Assembly: GCA_000993615.1 (NCBI GenBank)
Contig: LBWM01000004.1
Span: 23,810 to 87,809, forward strand
Reading direction: 5' to 3'
Origin: Candidatus Peregrinibacteria bacterium GW2011_GWF2_39_17
GTDB taxonomy: Bacteria; Patescibacteriota; Gracilibacteria; UBA1369; UBA12473
Length of the DNA: 64,000 nt
Part shown: in pieces, positions 39,386-49,664 of the stretch
How the letters are laid out: each line of letters opens with the position of its first letter
Numbering within the stretch: the first letter of the stretch is position 1
The notes under the pieces: generated by a model
What the model saw: only the letters and a program-made list of their open reading frames with translations
Database searches by the model: none
What the model was told of the DNA's origin: nothing
Made by a program: the position numbers and the translations under genes

Positions 39386-40561
39386 TCAAAAAATCTCTAA
39401 TAGCCCCTTCGGATCAGCATAAGATTCTTCTAAATCCAAATCCTTTGCCACACTTTGATAAGTAATTTTCCCTTTATAAACATTCAAACCTTTAACAAAT
39501 CGGCCATCACTCTTTATAGAAGCAATTAAGGCCTCAATCACTCCCTTATCCGCCAATTGTAAAAGATAAGGTGTCGTTGCTGCAGTTAAAGCTTGTGTTG
39601 ATTGACGAGCCACTTGTCCCGGCATATTAGCGACCGCACAAAAAATTTTATTTCTCCATTTATAGATTGGATTTTCATGAGTCATCACCTTTGAGCCCCA
39701 AATACAGCCACCCTGATCAATAGAGATATCCACAATAACTGCCCCGTCAATCATAGTTCGAACTTGACTTTCGGTAACTACCTGAGGAGCACGAGCCCCT
39801 TTTACTAAAACCGCTCCAATCAAAACATGGGCAGTTTTAATCTTTTCCGTATAAACCGGCTCCTCTGGCTTCAAAATTTCTAAATTTCTTAATAAATTTT
39901 CACCCAAAAAAGTTTTAAATGTAGCATACAATTCAGCAATACGATCTTCCCTAATTTCAAATAAGGTCACTTTTCCACCCATCCCTAAGGCTGTTCGCGC
40001 CGCGAATTCACCAGCTACGCCGCCGCCGATAACCACGGTATGACATAACTCTGTCCCCGTAATCATACCCATCGTAATTCCAAATCCACCATATTTTTTT
40101 TGTAAATAATGAGCTCCATACTGTACCGCCAAAACCCCAGCTACTTCACTCATCGGCGCCAATAAAGGCAATCGCCCACGCTCATCTTCCACTGTCTCAT
40201 AAGCAATAGCGGTAATGTTATTATCCAAAAGACGCCTAGTGAGAGATTTTGGTACCCCAGAAAGATGCAAATAGGTAAAAAGCGTTTTATCCTTTAGTAA
40301 ATCCAATAAATAATATTCCTCCTCCAATGGTTCCTTAACTTTAACTAAAATATCAACTTTAGAAACGACATCTGAAGGATCGCGGACAATTTCCGCTCCA
40401 GCATCTAAATAATCCTGATCACTATATCCTGAATTTAGTCCAGCTGTTTCCTGTACCAAGACGCGGTGCCCCTTTGCCACTAAAACAACAACCCCTTCGG
40501 GAATAATCCCTACTCTATTTTCATTATTCTTAATTTCACGAATTGTGCCAATAATCGTCAT
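39386..40561 (-). CDS. ald: Alanine dehydrogenase
   Basis: EIKNNENRVG, VKVKEP, FTYLHL, LPLLAPMSEVAG, VDISIDQGGC, VANMPG; TGTTATAAT at 40614-40622. Confidence 0.96.
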   Translation of the reverse strand: MTIIGTIREIKNNENRVGIIPEGVVVLVAKGHRVLVQETAGLNSGYSDQDYLDAGAEIVRDPSDVVSKVDILVKVKEPLEEEYYLLDLLKDKTLFTYLHLSGVPKSLTRRLLDNNITAIAYETVEDERGRLPLLAPMSEVAGVLAVQYGAHYLQKKYGGFGITMGMITGTELCHTVVIGGGVAGEFAARTALGMGGKVTLFEIREDRIAELYATFKTFLGENLLRNLEILKPEEPVYTEKIKTAHVLIGAVLVKGARAPQVVTESQVRTMIDGAVIVDISIDQGGCIWGSKVMTHENPIYKWRNKIFCAVANMPGQVARQSTQALTAATTPYLLQLADKGVIEALIASIKSDGRFVKGLNVYKGKITYQSVAKDLDLEESYADPKGLLEIF

Positions 40562-40659
40562 AAATAAAATTTAAAAAATAAAGAATGGAGCACTAATAAA
40601 TACCCCTACACTGATTATAACATAAACGCCATTTCAAAAAAAATAACTCTCTCTAAATT

Positions 40660-41298
40660 CTATTTTAGCTCACGCAATTCGGTAATAATTTTTTGCCGGT
40701 TATCAGCCCTCAAAAGAAAAGATCCAACCACTAAAACATTAGCTCCGGCTTTCAAACACTTTTGAGCAGTCTCCAAATTAATTCCACCATCTACGCAAAT
40801 ATCTAAACTAGACTTTAATTCACGAAGTCGTTTAATTTTCAGCAAAGAATCTTCAATAAAAGCTTGCCCCCCAAACCCAGGATGCACACTCATCACTAAA
40901 ACCTGATCCACCAATTCAAGATAAGGCTCAATCAATTTTACCTCAGTTGGTGGATTAAGCGAAATAGCTGGTTTCACACCTAAATCTCTAATTTTCCTTA
41001 AAACCTCACCTGTTTTTTCCAACGTAGCCTCGAAATGAATTGTAATCATCCAAGATCCGGCTTTCGCAAAATCCTCAAGGTATTTTTCGGGATTAGAAAT
41101 CATTAAATGTGCCTCCAACGGCACTCGCGATTTTAAACACTTCACTACCGGCGCCCCAAAAGTTAAATTAGGGACAAAATGTCCATCCATTACATCTAAA
41201 TGAATAAAATCCACATACTTATCCAAAGAAGCAATTTCCGCATTCAAATTCCCCAAATCAGCGGATAAAAGAGATGGTGCAATTTTAAAAGAAGGCAT
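40660..41298 (-). CDS. rpe: Ribulose-phosphate 3-epimerase
   Basis: APSLLSAD, HLDVMDGHFVPN, MSVHPGFGGQ, VDGGI; TGCTATAAT at 41333-41341. Confidence 0.97.
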   Translation of the reverse strand: MPSFKIAPSLLSADLGNLNAEIASLDKYVDFIHLDVMDGHFVPNLTFGAPVVKCLKSRVPLEAHLMISNPEKYLEDFAKAGSWMITIHFEATLEKTGEVLRKIRDLGVKPAISLNPPTEVKLIEPYLELVDQVLVMSVHPGFGGQAFIEDSLLKIKRLRELKSSLDICVDGGINLETAQKCLKAGANVLVVGSFLLRADNRQKIITELRELK

Positions 41299-41377
41299 AT
41301 TGATTAATGATTAATAAGTCTTTTCCCCTTAAATTATAGCATGTTGACCTATTGATAAACAGCCTACGAATATTCTT

Positions 41378-41821
41378 CTAATTTTTAGCCGAAACTTCTA
41401 TTTTATCCACTCGCGCCTGATGTCTCCCGCCTTCAAAGGGAGTTTTTAAAAAAACCGCCAAAATTTTTTTTGCTTTTTCCTCATCAATAATCCGTTGCCC
41501 TAAACAAAGCACATTCGCATTATTGTGAGCTCTAGCATAATGCGCTAATTCTTCTGTCGAACATGAAGCACCCCTAATTCCCACGTGCTTATTCGCCACG
41601 ATGCACATTCCTGTACCTGTCCCGCAAATTAAAACCCCAAATGAACCCAAATTTTCATAAACTTTTTCAGCCACCTCGCGGGCAATATCCGGATAATCAT
41701 AAGTCGCTTCACTGAAAACTCCTAAATCTACAACCGTATAACCTAAAGTCTCAATATAATCTTTTAAATTATTTTTAAGACCATAGCCCGCATGATCAGA
41801 TCCTAAATAAAGTTGCTGCAT
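41378..41821 (-). CDS. rpiB: Ribose-5-phosphate isomerase B
   Basis: GSDHAG, DYPD, ICGTGTG, HNNANVLCLG, FEGGRH. Confidence 0.97.
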   Translation of the reverse strand: MQQLYLGSDHAGYGLKNNLKDYIETLGYTVVDLGVFSEATYDYPDIAREVAEKVYENLGSFGVLICGTGTGMCIVANKHVGIRGASCSTEELAHYARAHNNANVLCLGQRIIDEEKAKKILAVFLKTPFEGGRHQARVDKIEVSAKN

Positions 41822-41825
41822 AAAA

Positions 41826-42782
41826 TTATTTTAAAAGGGGACTAATAGGTTTATCTTCATGAATATTTTTGATTACGCCAGCTAAAAAAGGCGCAACTGA
41901 AATTACCGTAAGATTAGAAAGTTGATTTTCACAAGTAATAGGAAGTGAATCAGTAACAATAATCTCCTTAAGCTTCAAGCTATTTAATCTTTCGATACAA
42001 GGATCAGAAAACAAGGCATGTGTAGCCGTTAAATAAATCTCATCCTTTGCCCCAGCTGCTCTGACCGCCCCCACCGCTGCCACTACTGACCCTCCGGTAT
42101 CGATCATATCATCAAAAATAATCGGCGTTTTGCCTTTAACCTCACCCACAATAGAATTTGCTTCCGCTTGATTGTGACTAGGTCGAGTTTTATTCACAAT
42201 TGCGATTTCCACCCCCAGCTCATCAGCAAGTCGCTTCGCTGCTTTGGCTCCACCAGCATCAGTAGAAACCACGACTAAATTTTTCAAACGTTTCTTTTTT
42301 AGATAATTTAGAAAAAGCCGGTGAGTATGTAAATTATCCACTGGGAAATTAAAAAAACCTTGAGTTTGACCGGAATGCAAAGACAAAGTAACCAAGTGAG
42401 TTGCTCCAGCCGTTGAAATTAAATCAGCCAATAACCGAGCAGAAATAGGCTCGTGAGCACTAGCCACTCGATCCTGCCTACCATAAGCAAAATAAGGCAT
42501 TATCACGTGAATATGATGAGCAAAGGAACGTTTAAAAGCATCTAACATAATAAATAATTCCATCATTGATTCATTCACAACCGCTCCCCCGGTTTGCACA
42601 ATAAAAACATCACACCCCCGAACTGATTCATCCGGCTTAGCATAAATTTCCCCATTGGCAAATTTTTTAATTACCATTTTCCCCATTCCTAATTTTAAAT
42701 ACCTGGCAATTTCTTTCGCTAGTTTAGGGTGAGACGTTCCGGCAAAAACCTTTAGCGAATTTTTATTAGCGAAGTGAATCAT
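41826..42782 (-). CDS. prs: Ribose-phosphate pyrophosphokinase
   Basis: FANGE, PYFAYGRQDR, DAGG, DDMIDTGGS, ATHALFS. Confidence 0.96.
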   Translation of the reverse strand: MIHFANKNSLKVFAGTSHPKLAKEIARYLKLGMGKMVIKKFANGEIYAKPDESVRGCDVFIVQTGGAVVNESMMELFIMLDAFKRSFAHHIHVIMPYFAYGRQDRVASAHEPISARLLADLISTAGATHLVTLSLHSGQTQGFFNFPVDNLHTHRLFLNYLKKKRLKNLVVVSTDAGGAKAAKRLADELGVEIAIVNKTRPSHNQAEANSIVGEVKGKTPIIFDDMIDTGGSVVAAVGAVRAAGAKDEIYLTATHALFSDPCIERLNSLKLKEIIVTDSLPITCENQLSNLTVISVAPFLAGVIKNIHEDKPISPLLK

Positions 42783-42863
42783 ATAAAAATATAAATATCT
42801 AAAACATAAATGATTATACTCAATTTATCTTCAAAGAGAAAATTTAAACAAAAAAATAAACTT

Positions 42864-43385
42864 CTACGGCTCAAAATCCTTCATTTTAATTTGATCACCA
42901 ACAGCTAAGCCCCATTTTTTAGCCAACCCCTCATTAAGCTCCAAAACATACTGCGCCAATTGTCCTGAACTATATTCTTCGCAATTATTCTGTTCAGGAT
43001 CAATTTTAAAACACGGCACTGCCCCGTCAATAATTTTTAAAATACGTTGATTCTCATCCACAAATAAAATATCCAAAGGAATCAACATATCCTTCATCCA
43101 AAAAACTAAATTTGCCTGATCCTGAAAAACAAACCACATACCCTGATCCTCCCTAAAATATTGCACTCCTTGTAGCCCTTTTATTCGCTCCAAAGATTCA
43201 TCAGCTAAAGCTACTTGCAAATTAAAAATTTCCCCATCCGCCTTAATAATCTGCAAAGGAACTATTTCATAATAATTTTCAGCTAAATCGGAAATATCAG
43301 CTGCTTTAAAAAACCCTTCATTTAAGCTAAAAAAAACAATTCCCCCCAATAACATTCCAGTAATAAAAATGCCGAAAAAACGCAT
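42864..43385 (-). CDS. DUF192 family protein
   Basis: GMWFVF, FWMKDMLIPLDILFVD, YVLELN. Confidence 0.9.
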   Translation of the reverse strand: MRFFGIFITGMLLGGIVFFSLNEGFFKAADISDLAENYYEIVPLQIIKADGEIFNLQVALADESLERIKGLQGVQYFREDQGMWFVFQDQANLVFWMKDMLIPLDILFVDENQRILKIIDGAVPCFKIDPEQNNCEEYSSGQLAQYVLELNEGLAKKWGLAVGDQIKMKDFEP

Positions 43386-43416
43386 ATTCCTATTCTCAAA
43401 TATCGACCATCAAATG

Positions 43417-44220
43417 TCAACTTTCAAAATTACGAATCGCTTCTTCGTATTCATGATCCGAAAAAACCGCTTTTGCGTAATGTTCTTTATGCTCGGCAAA
43501 AAAAACACCCTTACCTAAAACCGCCGGGGCAAAAATAAAAACCGGCCTTCTGGAAACAACTTTAGCTCTTAATAAGGCCTGCTTAATTTCCTCATAATTA
43601 TGTCCATCTACTAATGACAGCACGCTCCAGCCAAAAGCTTCAAATTTATCAACAATAGGTTCCACCTTACGCAATCCCGTATGCACCGAAATAGCCACCA
43701 AAGAAGACAACCGCTCAAAAGAGGCCTCCATAGCTGCCTCCCAAGTTGCGCCCTGCAATAAATCCTCATCTCCCAAAATAACAAAAACTCGCCTGCTCTT
43801 TTTAGAATCACCAATTCCCAAAGCCAAATCCACTCCGGCCTTAAGCCCCTCACCAGATGTTTTAAAAACCGCATCTATTCCTGGGACTTCTAAAGTAGGC
43901 TCAGCCTGCAATAAAGCCCCAAACTTACCAAAATTATTTAACTGACTTTCTGCAAAAAACCCCGCCTTAGCCAAGCAAACATATTGAGCCGCAATTGCTT
44001 CAGGGCACGATAATATAATCCGGTCGCGCTCCTCCCATTGCGGCTTTAACGCATCATAATTTAGAAGCAAACGACTATTATCGGTCCCAAAATACATTAC
44101 AGTCAAAAGATCGATATAAGCCAAAGAAATTCCAGTATTCCCAATTCCTGATTCGTGAAACATCTTCAAAAGCTGAAGACGAAAATCATGGGCGAGATAG
44201 ACAAGCTCATCCAATTTCAT
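43417..44220 (-). CDS. Transketolase N-terminal subunit-like protein with degenerate active site
   Basis: Scaffold motifs WEERDRIILS, RVFVILGD, WEAAM, KFEAFGW, DGHNY, GKGV are present; catalytic His residues and the GDG motif are altered. Confidence 0.8.
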   Translation of the reverse strand: MKLDELVYLAHDFRLQLLKMFHESGIGNTGISLAYIDLLTVMYFGTDNSRLLLNYDALKPQWEERDRIILSCPEAIAAQYVCLAKAGFFAESQLNNFGKFGALLQAEPTLEVPGIDAVFKTSGEGLKAGVDLALGIGDSKKSRRVFVILGDEDLLQGATWEAAMEASFERLSSLVAISVHTGLRKVEPIVDKFEAFGWSVLSLVDGHNYEEIKQALLRAKVVSRRPVFIFAPAVLGKGVFFAEHKEHYAKAVFSDHEYEEAIRNFES

Positions 44221-44737
44221 ACAACTTTACTATACCAGGGTTAAAACACTCGCTCAATAAATCTAACATCGTTTTTCCTAAAACAGGATGCTTTACCCCA
44301 GGCGCAATTTCCGCTAGCGGCATCAAATCATATCGTCGCTGATGAAACCGGGGATGGGGGATTTCCAAATCTCTTTTCCGTATAACCAATTGATCATACA
44401 ACAAAATATCTAAATCAATTGGCCTTGGCGCATAATGCAATTTACCATCAATAATTTTAGATTTAACAATTCTCCCCAATTCCTGCTCAATTTGCTGAGT
44501 TACTCGCAATAGTTCCCTTGGGTACAAATTTGTTTTAACCTTAACCACCTGATTTAAAAACCAAGGCTGCTTCTGATCATCAACAATCGGGCAAACCGGT
44601 TCTGTCTCATAAACAGAAGATTCCTGACTCAAAACAACCCCCTTCGAATTTAAAAGTTCCTTACTCCTTTCAATTAAGGCAAAACGATCACCTAAATTAG
44701 AACCCAAACTTAAATAAACAAAACTCATAAAAATCAA
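44207..44737 (-). CDS. folK: 2-amino-4-hydroxy-6-hydroxymethyldihydropteridine pyrophosphokinase
   Basis: LSLGSNLGDR, SSVYETEP, FLNQV, PRPIDLDILLY, IPHPR. Confidence 0.96.
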   Translation of the reverse strand: MIFMSFVYLSLGSNLGDRFALIERSKELLNSKGVVLSQESSVYETEPVCPIVDDQKQPWFLNQVVKVKTNLYPRELLRVTQQIEQELGRIVKSKIIDGKLHYAPRPIDLDILLYDQLVIRKRDLEIPHPRFHQRRYDLMPLAEIAPGVKHPVLGKTMLDLLSECFNPGIVKLYEIG

Positions 44738-44738
44738 G

Positions 44739-45149
44739 CTAACTATTTTCGGGACTCCACCAAAATAATCGCCAAATATTTTTTAAATTATTTTTCCTAT
44801 AAAAATTCTGACTTTTTGCTAAGGAAAACAAGAAGAAAGCGGTTAATCCTTTCACCTGAGCCAACTGCTTAATTTGCCTTAATACAAAAGAACCAATACC
44901 TTTTTTTCTGAAAGTTTTATCCACTGCTAATTTTCGAATATACATCACTGCAAAAAAACCACCAATTCCTAATGTGCTGTAGGAAAAAGCCGCTTTAACC
45001 CTATTTTTTTGCTTAAACACAAAAACTTTTTTCTCGTCAATTAAGCGCCCAACTTCCGCATGATTAATCTTCCCTATTGCCGAGAATAAACGGGTTACGG
45101 GCTTTATATCATTCGACCTGGCCAATTTTAAATGCAACCTTAATTTCAT
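44739..45149 (-). CDS. GNAT-family N-acetyltransferase
   Basis: LAVDKTFRKKGIGS acetyl-CoA motif A; NFYRK. Confidence 0.85.
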   Translation of the reverse strand: MKLRLHLKLARSNDIKPVTRLFSAIGKINHAEVGRLIDEKKVFVFKQKNRVKAAFSYSTLGIGGFFAVMYIRKLAVDKTFRKKGIGSFVLRQIKQLAQVKGLTAFFLFSLAKSQNFYRKNNLKNIWRLFWWSPENS

Positions 45150-45250
45150 TTTCCAAAATTATTAATACTCTCCCTATCACTCCAACAATCCACCTCCAGC
45201 ATAACATAATCGTCACAAAAAAAACCTATTAAAAGGGTAAAAATTTAAAC

Positions 45251-46441
45251 TTAAGCCTGCAAATTTACTACTTCTCTCTTACTCCATAAAATTTCCACAC
45301 AAGAATCAATTTGTAAATATTCTTCCGCTTTTTCTAAATCCTCAATTTTAACCGAAAGAACAGGCGACCTGGGCACATACAAAGAACAACATTCCTCATA
45401 AGGCTGAGCAGAAATCACTGCTGTTCCAATTTTTTCCGCCATCCTTATAATTTCCTGCTTATTAATTCCAATCAAAGGCCGAAATACAGGTCGATGCGCC
45501 AAAATATCAACCCCATGAATATTATCCAAAGTTTGAGAAGCAACTTGCCCTAAACTTTCACCGGTCACTAAGGCTTTTGCTTTTTCACGATATAAAACAC
45601 GCTCCGCCAATCTTATCATCATCCGTCGATACAATAAAACCCGCAAAGGCGCAGGAGCTTTAGCTACCACTATTTTTTGATATTCCAAAAGAGGTAACAA
45701 ATAAAGCTTAGACTGAAATTGAAAATTATTCAGCACCGAAATTATGGATTTCACATTTTCAATCGACTCTGGGCCAACTGCCGGATAACTATGAAAATGG
45801 ACAAAAACAACCGTGGCCCCCCTCCGCATCATCATCCAACTAGCTACCGGCGAATCAAAACCCGAAGAAATCAAAGAAACCACTTTACCTGCTGATCCAA
45901 CCGGTAAACCACCAGAACCAGGATGCTTTGTAAGATACAAATGCACTTCATCACGCCCCCAAACAACACGCAAAACAAGCTGAGCTCCACTTAAATCAAC
46001 TTTAAGGGATTGAAATTGCGACAAAATCTGGGCTGAAATTGCTTTAGCTAGGTCAACCGAATTCATAAAAAAATTTTTATCCGCGCGATGAACTTCTACT
46101 CTAAACGAAATTTTCTTAGCGCTATTTCTCACATCCTGATAATGCCCTAATTCATTCTCCAAAAACCCAATAGATTCCTTAATCACGCTCTTTAAATCAG
46201 GCTTAACCGTAGTAACTTCGGCAAAATATTCAATTCCAAAAACCAATTGCAATTTTTCCTTTACGGCCTGTGCATCATGTTTTAAACATTCTACTCGAAA
46301 ATGATCATGCTTTTTTGTAATTTTCGCTGATTTAATCGCGTTTAAGCTGCGCTGTAAATTATTTTTAAGCCTTGATTCAAAAAAAGATCGATTACCTCCT
46401 TTTAAACCAATTTCATGATAATGAATTATAAAAAGTGACAT
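45251..46441 (-). CDS. thiI: tRNA 4-thiouridine synthase ThiI (THUMP + PP-loop, no rhodanese domain)
   Basis: EIGLKGGNR, GGLPVG, SSGFDSPVA, TGESLGQVASQT, RPLIG, ECC; start set at ATG 46441. Confidence 0.95.
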   Translation of the reverse strand: MSLFIIHYHEIGLKGGNRSFFESRLKNNLQRSLNAIKSAKITKKHDHFRVECLKHDAQAVKEKLQLVFGIEYFAEVTTVKPDLKSVIKESIGFLENELGHYQDVRNSAKKISFRVEVHRADKNFFMNSVDLAKAISAQILSQFQSLKVDLSGAQLVLRVVWGRDEVHLYLTKHPGSGGLPVGSAGKVVSLISSGFDSPVASWMMMRRGATVVFVHFHSYPAVGPESIENVKSIISVLNNFQFQSKLYLLPLLEYQKIVVAKAPAPLRVLLYRRMMIRLAERVLYREKAKALVTGESLGQVASQTLDNIHGVDILAHRPVFRPLIGINKQEIIRMAEKIGTAVISAQPYEECCSLYVPRSPVLSVKIEDLEKAEEYLQIDSCVEILWSKREVVNLQA

Positions 46442-46504
46442 TTGCAAAAAAATGACTAAAATAGATACACTATGCAATTTCTATTATAACCTTAATCTAT
46501 CTTT

Positions 46505-46945
46505 ATGAAAAAAATTCCCCCATTTTTAGGTGCTATTATCTTTATTTTAACCTTGGGAATAATCTCAATAGTGGGGTGCGGAAATAAATTAGGCGGGCCC
46601 GTAATTTCCGAAAATGGTTTAGAATATACCGACCTCGTGGTGGGCTACGGAGAAACAGCTAAAACCGGTGACACCCTAAGTATGAACTATATCGGAACAT
46701 TAGAGGACGGCACCAAATTTGACAGTTCTTATGATCGAGGAACCCCGTTTAGTTTTACATTAGGAGCCAGCCAAGTTATCCCTGGCTGGGATCAAGGAAT
46801 TGAAGGAATGAAAGTTGGAGGCAAACGCAAACTCACCATTCCCTCTTCTTTAGCCTATGGCGAGGGTGGAGTTCCAGGAATTATCCCTGGTAATTCAACG
46901 TTGATTTTTGAAGTAGAATTACTTGGAATACAGTCGAGTAGCTAA
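46505..46945 (+). CDS. FKBP-type peptidyl-prolyl isomerase (lipoprotein-like)
   Basis: FDSSYDRGTPF, VIPGWDQG, GGKRKLTIP..LAYG; N-terminal IVGC lipobox-like. Confidence 0.94.
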   Translation: MKKIPPFLGAIIFILTLGIISIVGCGNKLGGPVISENGLEYTDLVVGYGETAKTGDTLSMNYIGTLEDGTKFDSSYDRGTPFSFTLGASQVIPGWDQGIEGMKVGGKRKLTIPSSLAYGEGGVPGIIPGNSTLIFEVELLGIQSSS

Positions 46946-47989
46946 TTTTTCTACTGCCCAAAGCGCATGTTCGCGCACAATCGCACTTTCATCCTCATGC
47001 GCAATTCTTTCGAGTAAAGAAAATAAATTTATGGCCCCCACATTGGCCGCCACTATACACGCATTTCTTACCAATCCTTCGCGTCTAGCCCGCCGAATTG
47101 GAGATAGAGCAAAACGTTGATCAAATTCCTCCTTAGTTTTCAATTTCAAAATATCCTCCAATAACTGAAAATCACCCCCAATTCTTTTCCCAAAAATTTC
47201 ATCCCGATTACCAGCCTGCGCATGATTATTTTGCGGACAAATCTCCTGACATAAATCACACCCAAAAAGCCAATCCCCAATTAAAGGGCGAAGTGAAAGC
47301 GGAATTGACCCCCGATACTCAATCGTAAGATAAGAAATACAACGTCGAGCATCCAATTGATAAGGAGCCACCAAAGCACGAGTCGGACAAATATCTAAAC
47401 AAAGACGACAATACCCACAAGTTTGCCCAGCACCAGCTTGAGTATTTTCCTCTTTTTCAGAAATATCACCCTTAAAAAACTTTCTCAATTTTTTAATTTC
47501 TTGTTCCGAAATAGGCATGGTGGTTAAAACTTCCGCTAAAAAAACCCACGAACCGTATTGTGGTGTAATAAACAAAGTATTCTTCCCAATCATGCCCATT
47601 TTGGATTTTGCCGCATAAGCTCTCTCTAAAATAGCTCCAGTATCCACATACCCCTTCCATTCATATTGAGGATAAATCTCGCGCAATTCTCTTATCTTTT
47701 TTTTAAGTTTTTTTTCGATAATTTTATGATAATCAAAACCATAAGCATACCGAGCAATTTGTCCAAAGCAGCCTTTATTCGGACGCTCTCGATTTTCACG
47801 AAAATAATTTACACCCAAACAAATCACGGTTTTAACTCCCGGAAGCAATACCTCAACAGACTTTCGACGCTCAACACTACAAGTTAAATAGGTCATTTCG
47901 CCAGCTCGCCCTTGAGCTACCCAGCCTTCAAAACGCGAAAAATCCTCAGAATCAAGATTCCCCGGAGTAATGGAAATAAGATCAAACAT
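46919..47989 (-). CDS. queG: Epoxyqueuosine reductase
   Basis: IARYAYGFDYH, VDTGAILER, GKNTL, CGYCRLCLDICPT, DARRCISYLTIE, FGCDLCQEICP, HEAT-like tail. Confidence 0.93.
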   Translation of the reverse strand: MFDLISITPGNLDSEDFSRFEGWVAQGRAGEMTYLTCSVERRKSVEVLLPGVKTVICLGVNYFRENRERPNKGCFGQIARYAYGFDYHKIIEKKLKKKIRELREIYPQYEWKGYVDTGAILERAYAAKSKMGMIGKNTLFITPQYGSWVFLAEVLTTMPISEQEIKKLRKFFKGDISEKEENTQAGAGQTCGYCRLCLDICPTRALVAPYQLDARRCISYLTIEYRGSIPLSLRPLIGDWLFGCDLCQEICPQNNHAQAGNRDEIFGKRIGGDFQLLEDILKLKTKEEFDQRFALSPIRRARREGLVRNACIVAANVGAINLFSLLERIAHEDESAIVREHALWAVEKLATRLYSK

Positions 47990-48069
47990 ACCAATATTTT
48001 ACTTCCCTCCTAAAATTTTGGCGACATGAAAAAAACTCACTCTATTCGTGGCTTTTTGCTAATTTAAAA

Positions 48070-49488
48070 TTATTTCGGGCCCACAATTGGATAACGCAAA
48101 GCATGTCCATCTTGAGGCATAGGAACTAAAACCCTAATATTTGTCCCGATAAGAATTATTTCCAATTGCCCATTTCCCATATTTTTCATCCCCTTTTCAA
48201 CAACTCCGTCTCCCCAAAGGTGTGAACCATGACGACCAATAGTCACAAAATTAGGATCAAAAGGAGGCATCCAGGCAGGGCGACCAGGGAAAATTGATTC
48301 CTTGGGGTAATTAGCATTCAAAACATTTTTTTGAATTTCCAAAATAAGTACCCCTGATTTTTTCTCAACACCCCCATCTGAAATAGGAGGTCCTATCGGC
48401 ACCCTGGGTGAAATCGAAACTTTAGGTTTAGGAGTCGTCGATATCACCGGCGTCTCTTTAGGCGCAATCGGCTTTAAATAATCAGCAACTCGATTTACAC
48501 GCTCTAAAACTGTTTGAGAAAGACCTATTTGCGACTGTAATGAATCAAGCAACGCCGAAGATCGTCCAAAAACCAATTGAACCGAAGGCAAAGGAATTTT
48601 AGCCAAGATCACAAATTGCGCCTCAATCAGCTTTCTCACTTCAGTGCGTTTTGCCCGATTAGCACGAGCCACCGCATCCGGAAATTCAAAAGATTTCTTT
48701 TTCCCTTTATCATCCTCAATCGAAAAGGATAATCTCCGCCTTTCCTCGGTAGATACTAATTTCCGCAAGGTCTTACTAAAATTTAATAAAGTAACTAAGG
48801 CCGCTTTATATTTTGCCTCAACTTTTTTCCATCGAGGATCACTTTGAAGTAAAGCGCTGCAATGCTCAGCCATCTGCAGACGCAGCCCGTCTTTCTCTTC
48901 CTCGGTGCGAAACCTTAACCCTTCCTCAGCTTTGAGACCAAGTTTTGAGTGCCCAGCAACGATCCCCTCTAAAGAAAGATATTGCACCCGAAGTCGACTC
49001 ATTTCCTCAAGACGATAAAGATAATCCTGATGGAGAGAATGCTTGGGGGCAAAGCGAGGGTCAACAAATTTCACCAATCCCTGATACACCACAGCTATAC
49101 CCTCGTTTAAAGTTGCTTCTATCTCCTTTAATTTTTTATACGCCTCGTCTTTTTCTGAATTTTTAAGCTTTTCCGCCCAAGGAAAAGAAACAGGATAAGC
49201 CAAAGCAAGATCATCAATCTTATAAGTTTTCTTAAATTTCTCAAAAGCCAGAGAGGCCTTTTTGTATTTCAAATAAGCCTGCATATACAACCATTTTTCC
49301 TGATTTTCAAGGGAAAGCTTGGGCAATAAGCGCTCATTCTTTTTTAAAGTTTCTTCGAACGTCGTGAGCGTCGTGAGCGAAACTTCTGTATTCGCCAAAG
49401 CATCAAATCGACGCAGAAGATCCGCAAAAATTTTAACTTCGCTAGAGGTTAAACTCTCTTTTGAAGAAACTTTTTCTAAAGTGGCCAT
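48070..49488 (-). CDS. Hypothetical protein
   Basis: Long ORF; start moved to ATG 49488 (MATLEK) because the upstream in-frame part is an AT-rich intergenic region overlapping the divergent gene. Confidence 0.7.
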   Translation of the reverse strand: MATLEKVSSKESLTSSEVKIFADLLRRFDALANTEVSLTTLTTFEETLKKNERLLPKLSLENQEKWLYMQAYLKYKKASLAFEKFKKTYKIDDLALAYPVSFPWAEKLKNSEKDEAYKKLKEIEATLNEGIAVVYQGLVKFVDPRFAPKHSLHQDYLYRLEEMSRLRVQYLSLEGIVAGHSKLGLKAEEGLRFRTEEEKDGLRLQMAEHCSALLQSDPRWKKVEAKYKAALVTLLNFSKTLRKLVSTEERRRLSFSIEDDKGKKKSFEFPDAVARANRAKRTEVRKLIEAQFVILAKIPLPSVQLVFGRSSALLDSLQSQIGLSQTVLERVNRVADYLKPIAPKETPVISTTPKPKVSISPRVPIGPPISDGGVEKKSGVLILEIQKNVLNANYPKESIFPGRPAWMPPFDPNFVTIGRHGSHLWGDGVVEKGMKNMGNGQLEIILIGTNIRVLVPMPQDGHALRYPIVGPK

Positions 49489-49664
49489 CAGAGATTTGGT
49501 TAAAAAAAATCTTTTAATTATACCATAAACCAACAAAAATTCCAAAAAATCACCCATTCCCAACCCTTCAACTATTAGTTGAAATATTCTTAAAAAGATG
49601 TTAAAATTAAAAGATTGCACAACACAATCACTCAAAGCAAATCCTAAAACTAACCCGAAAACCC

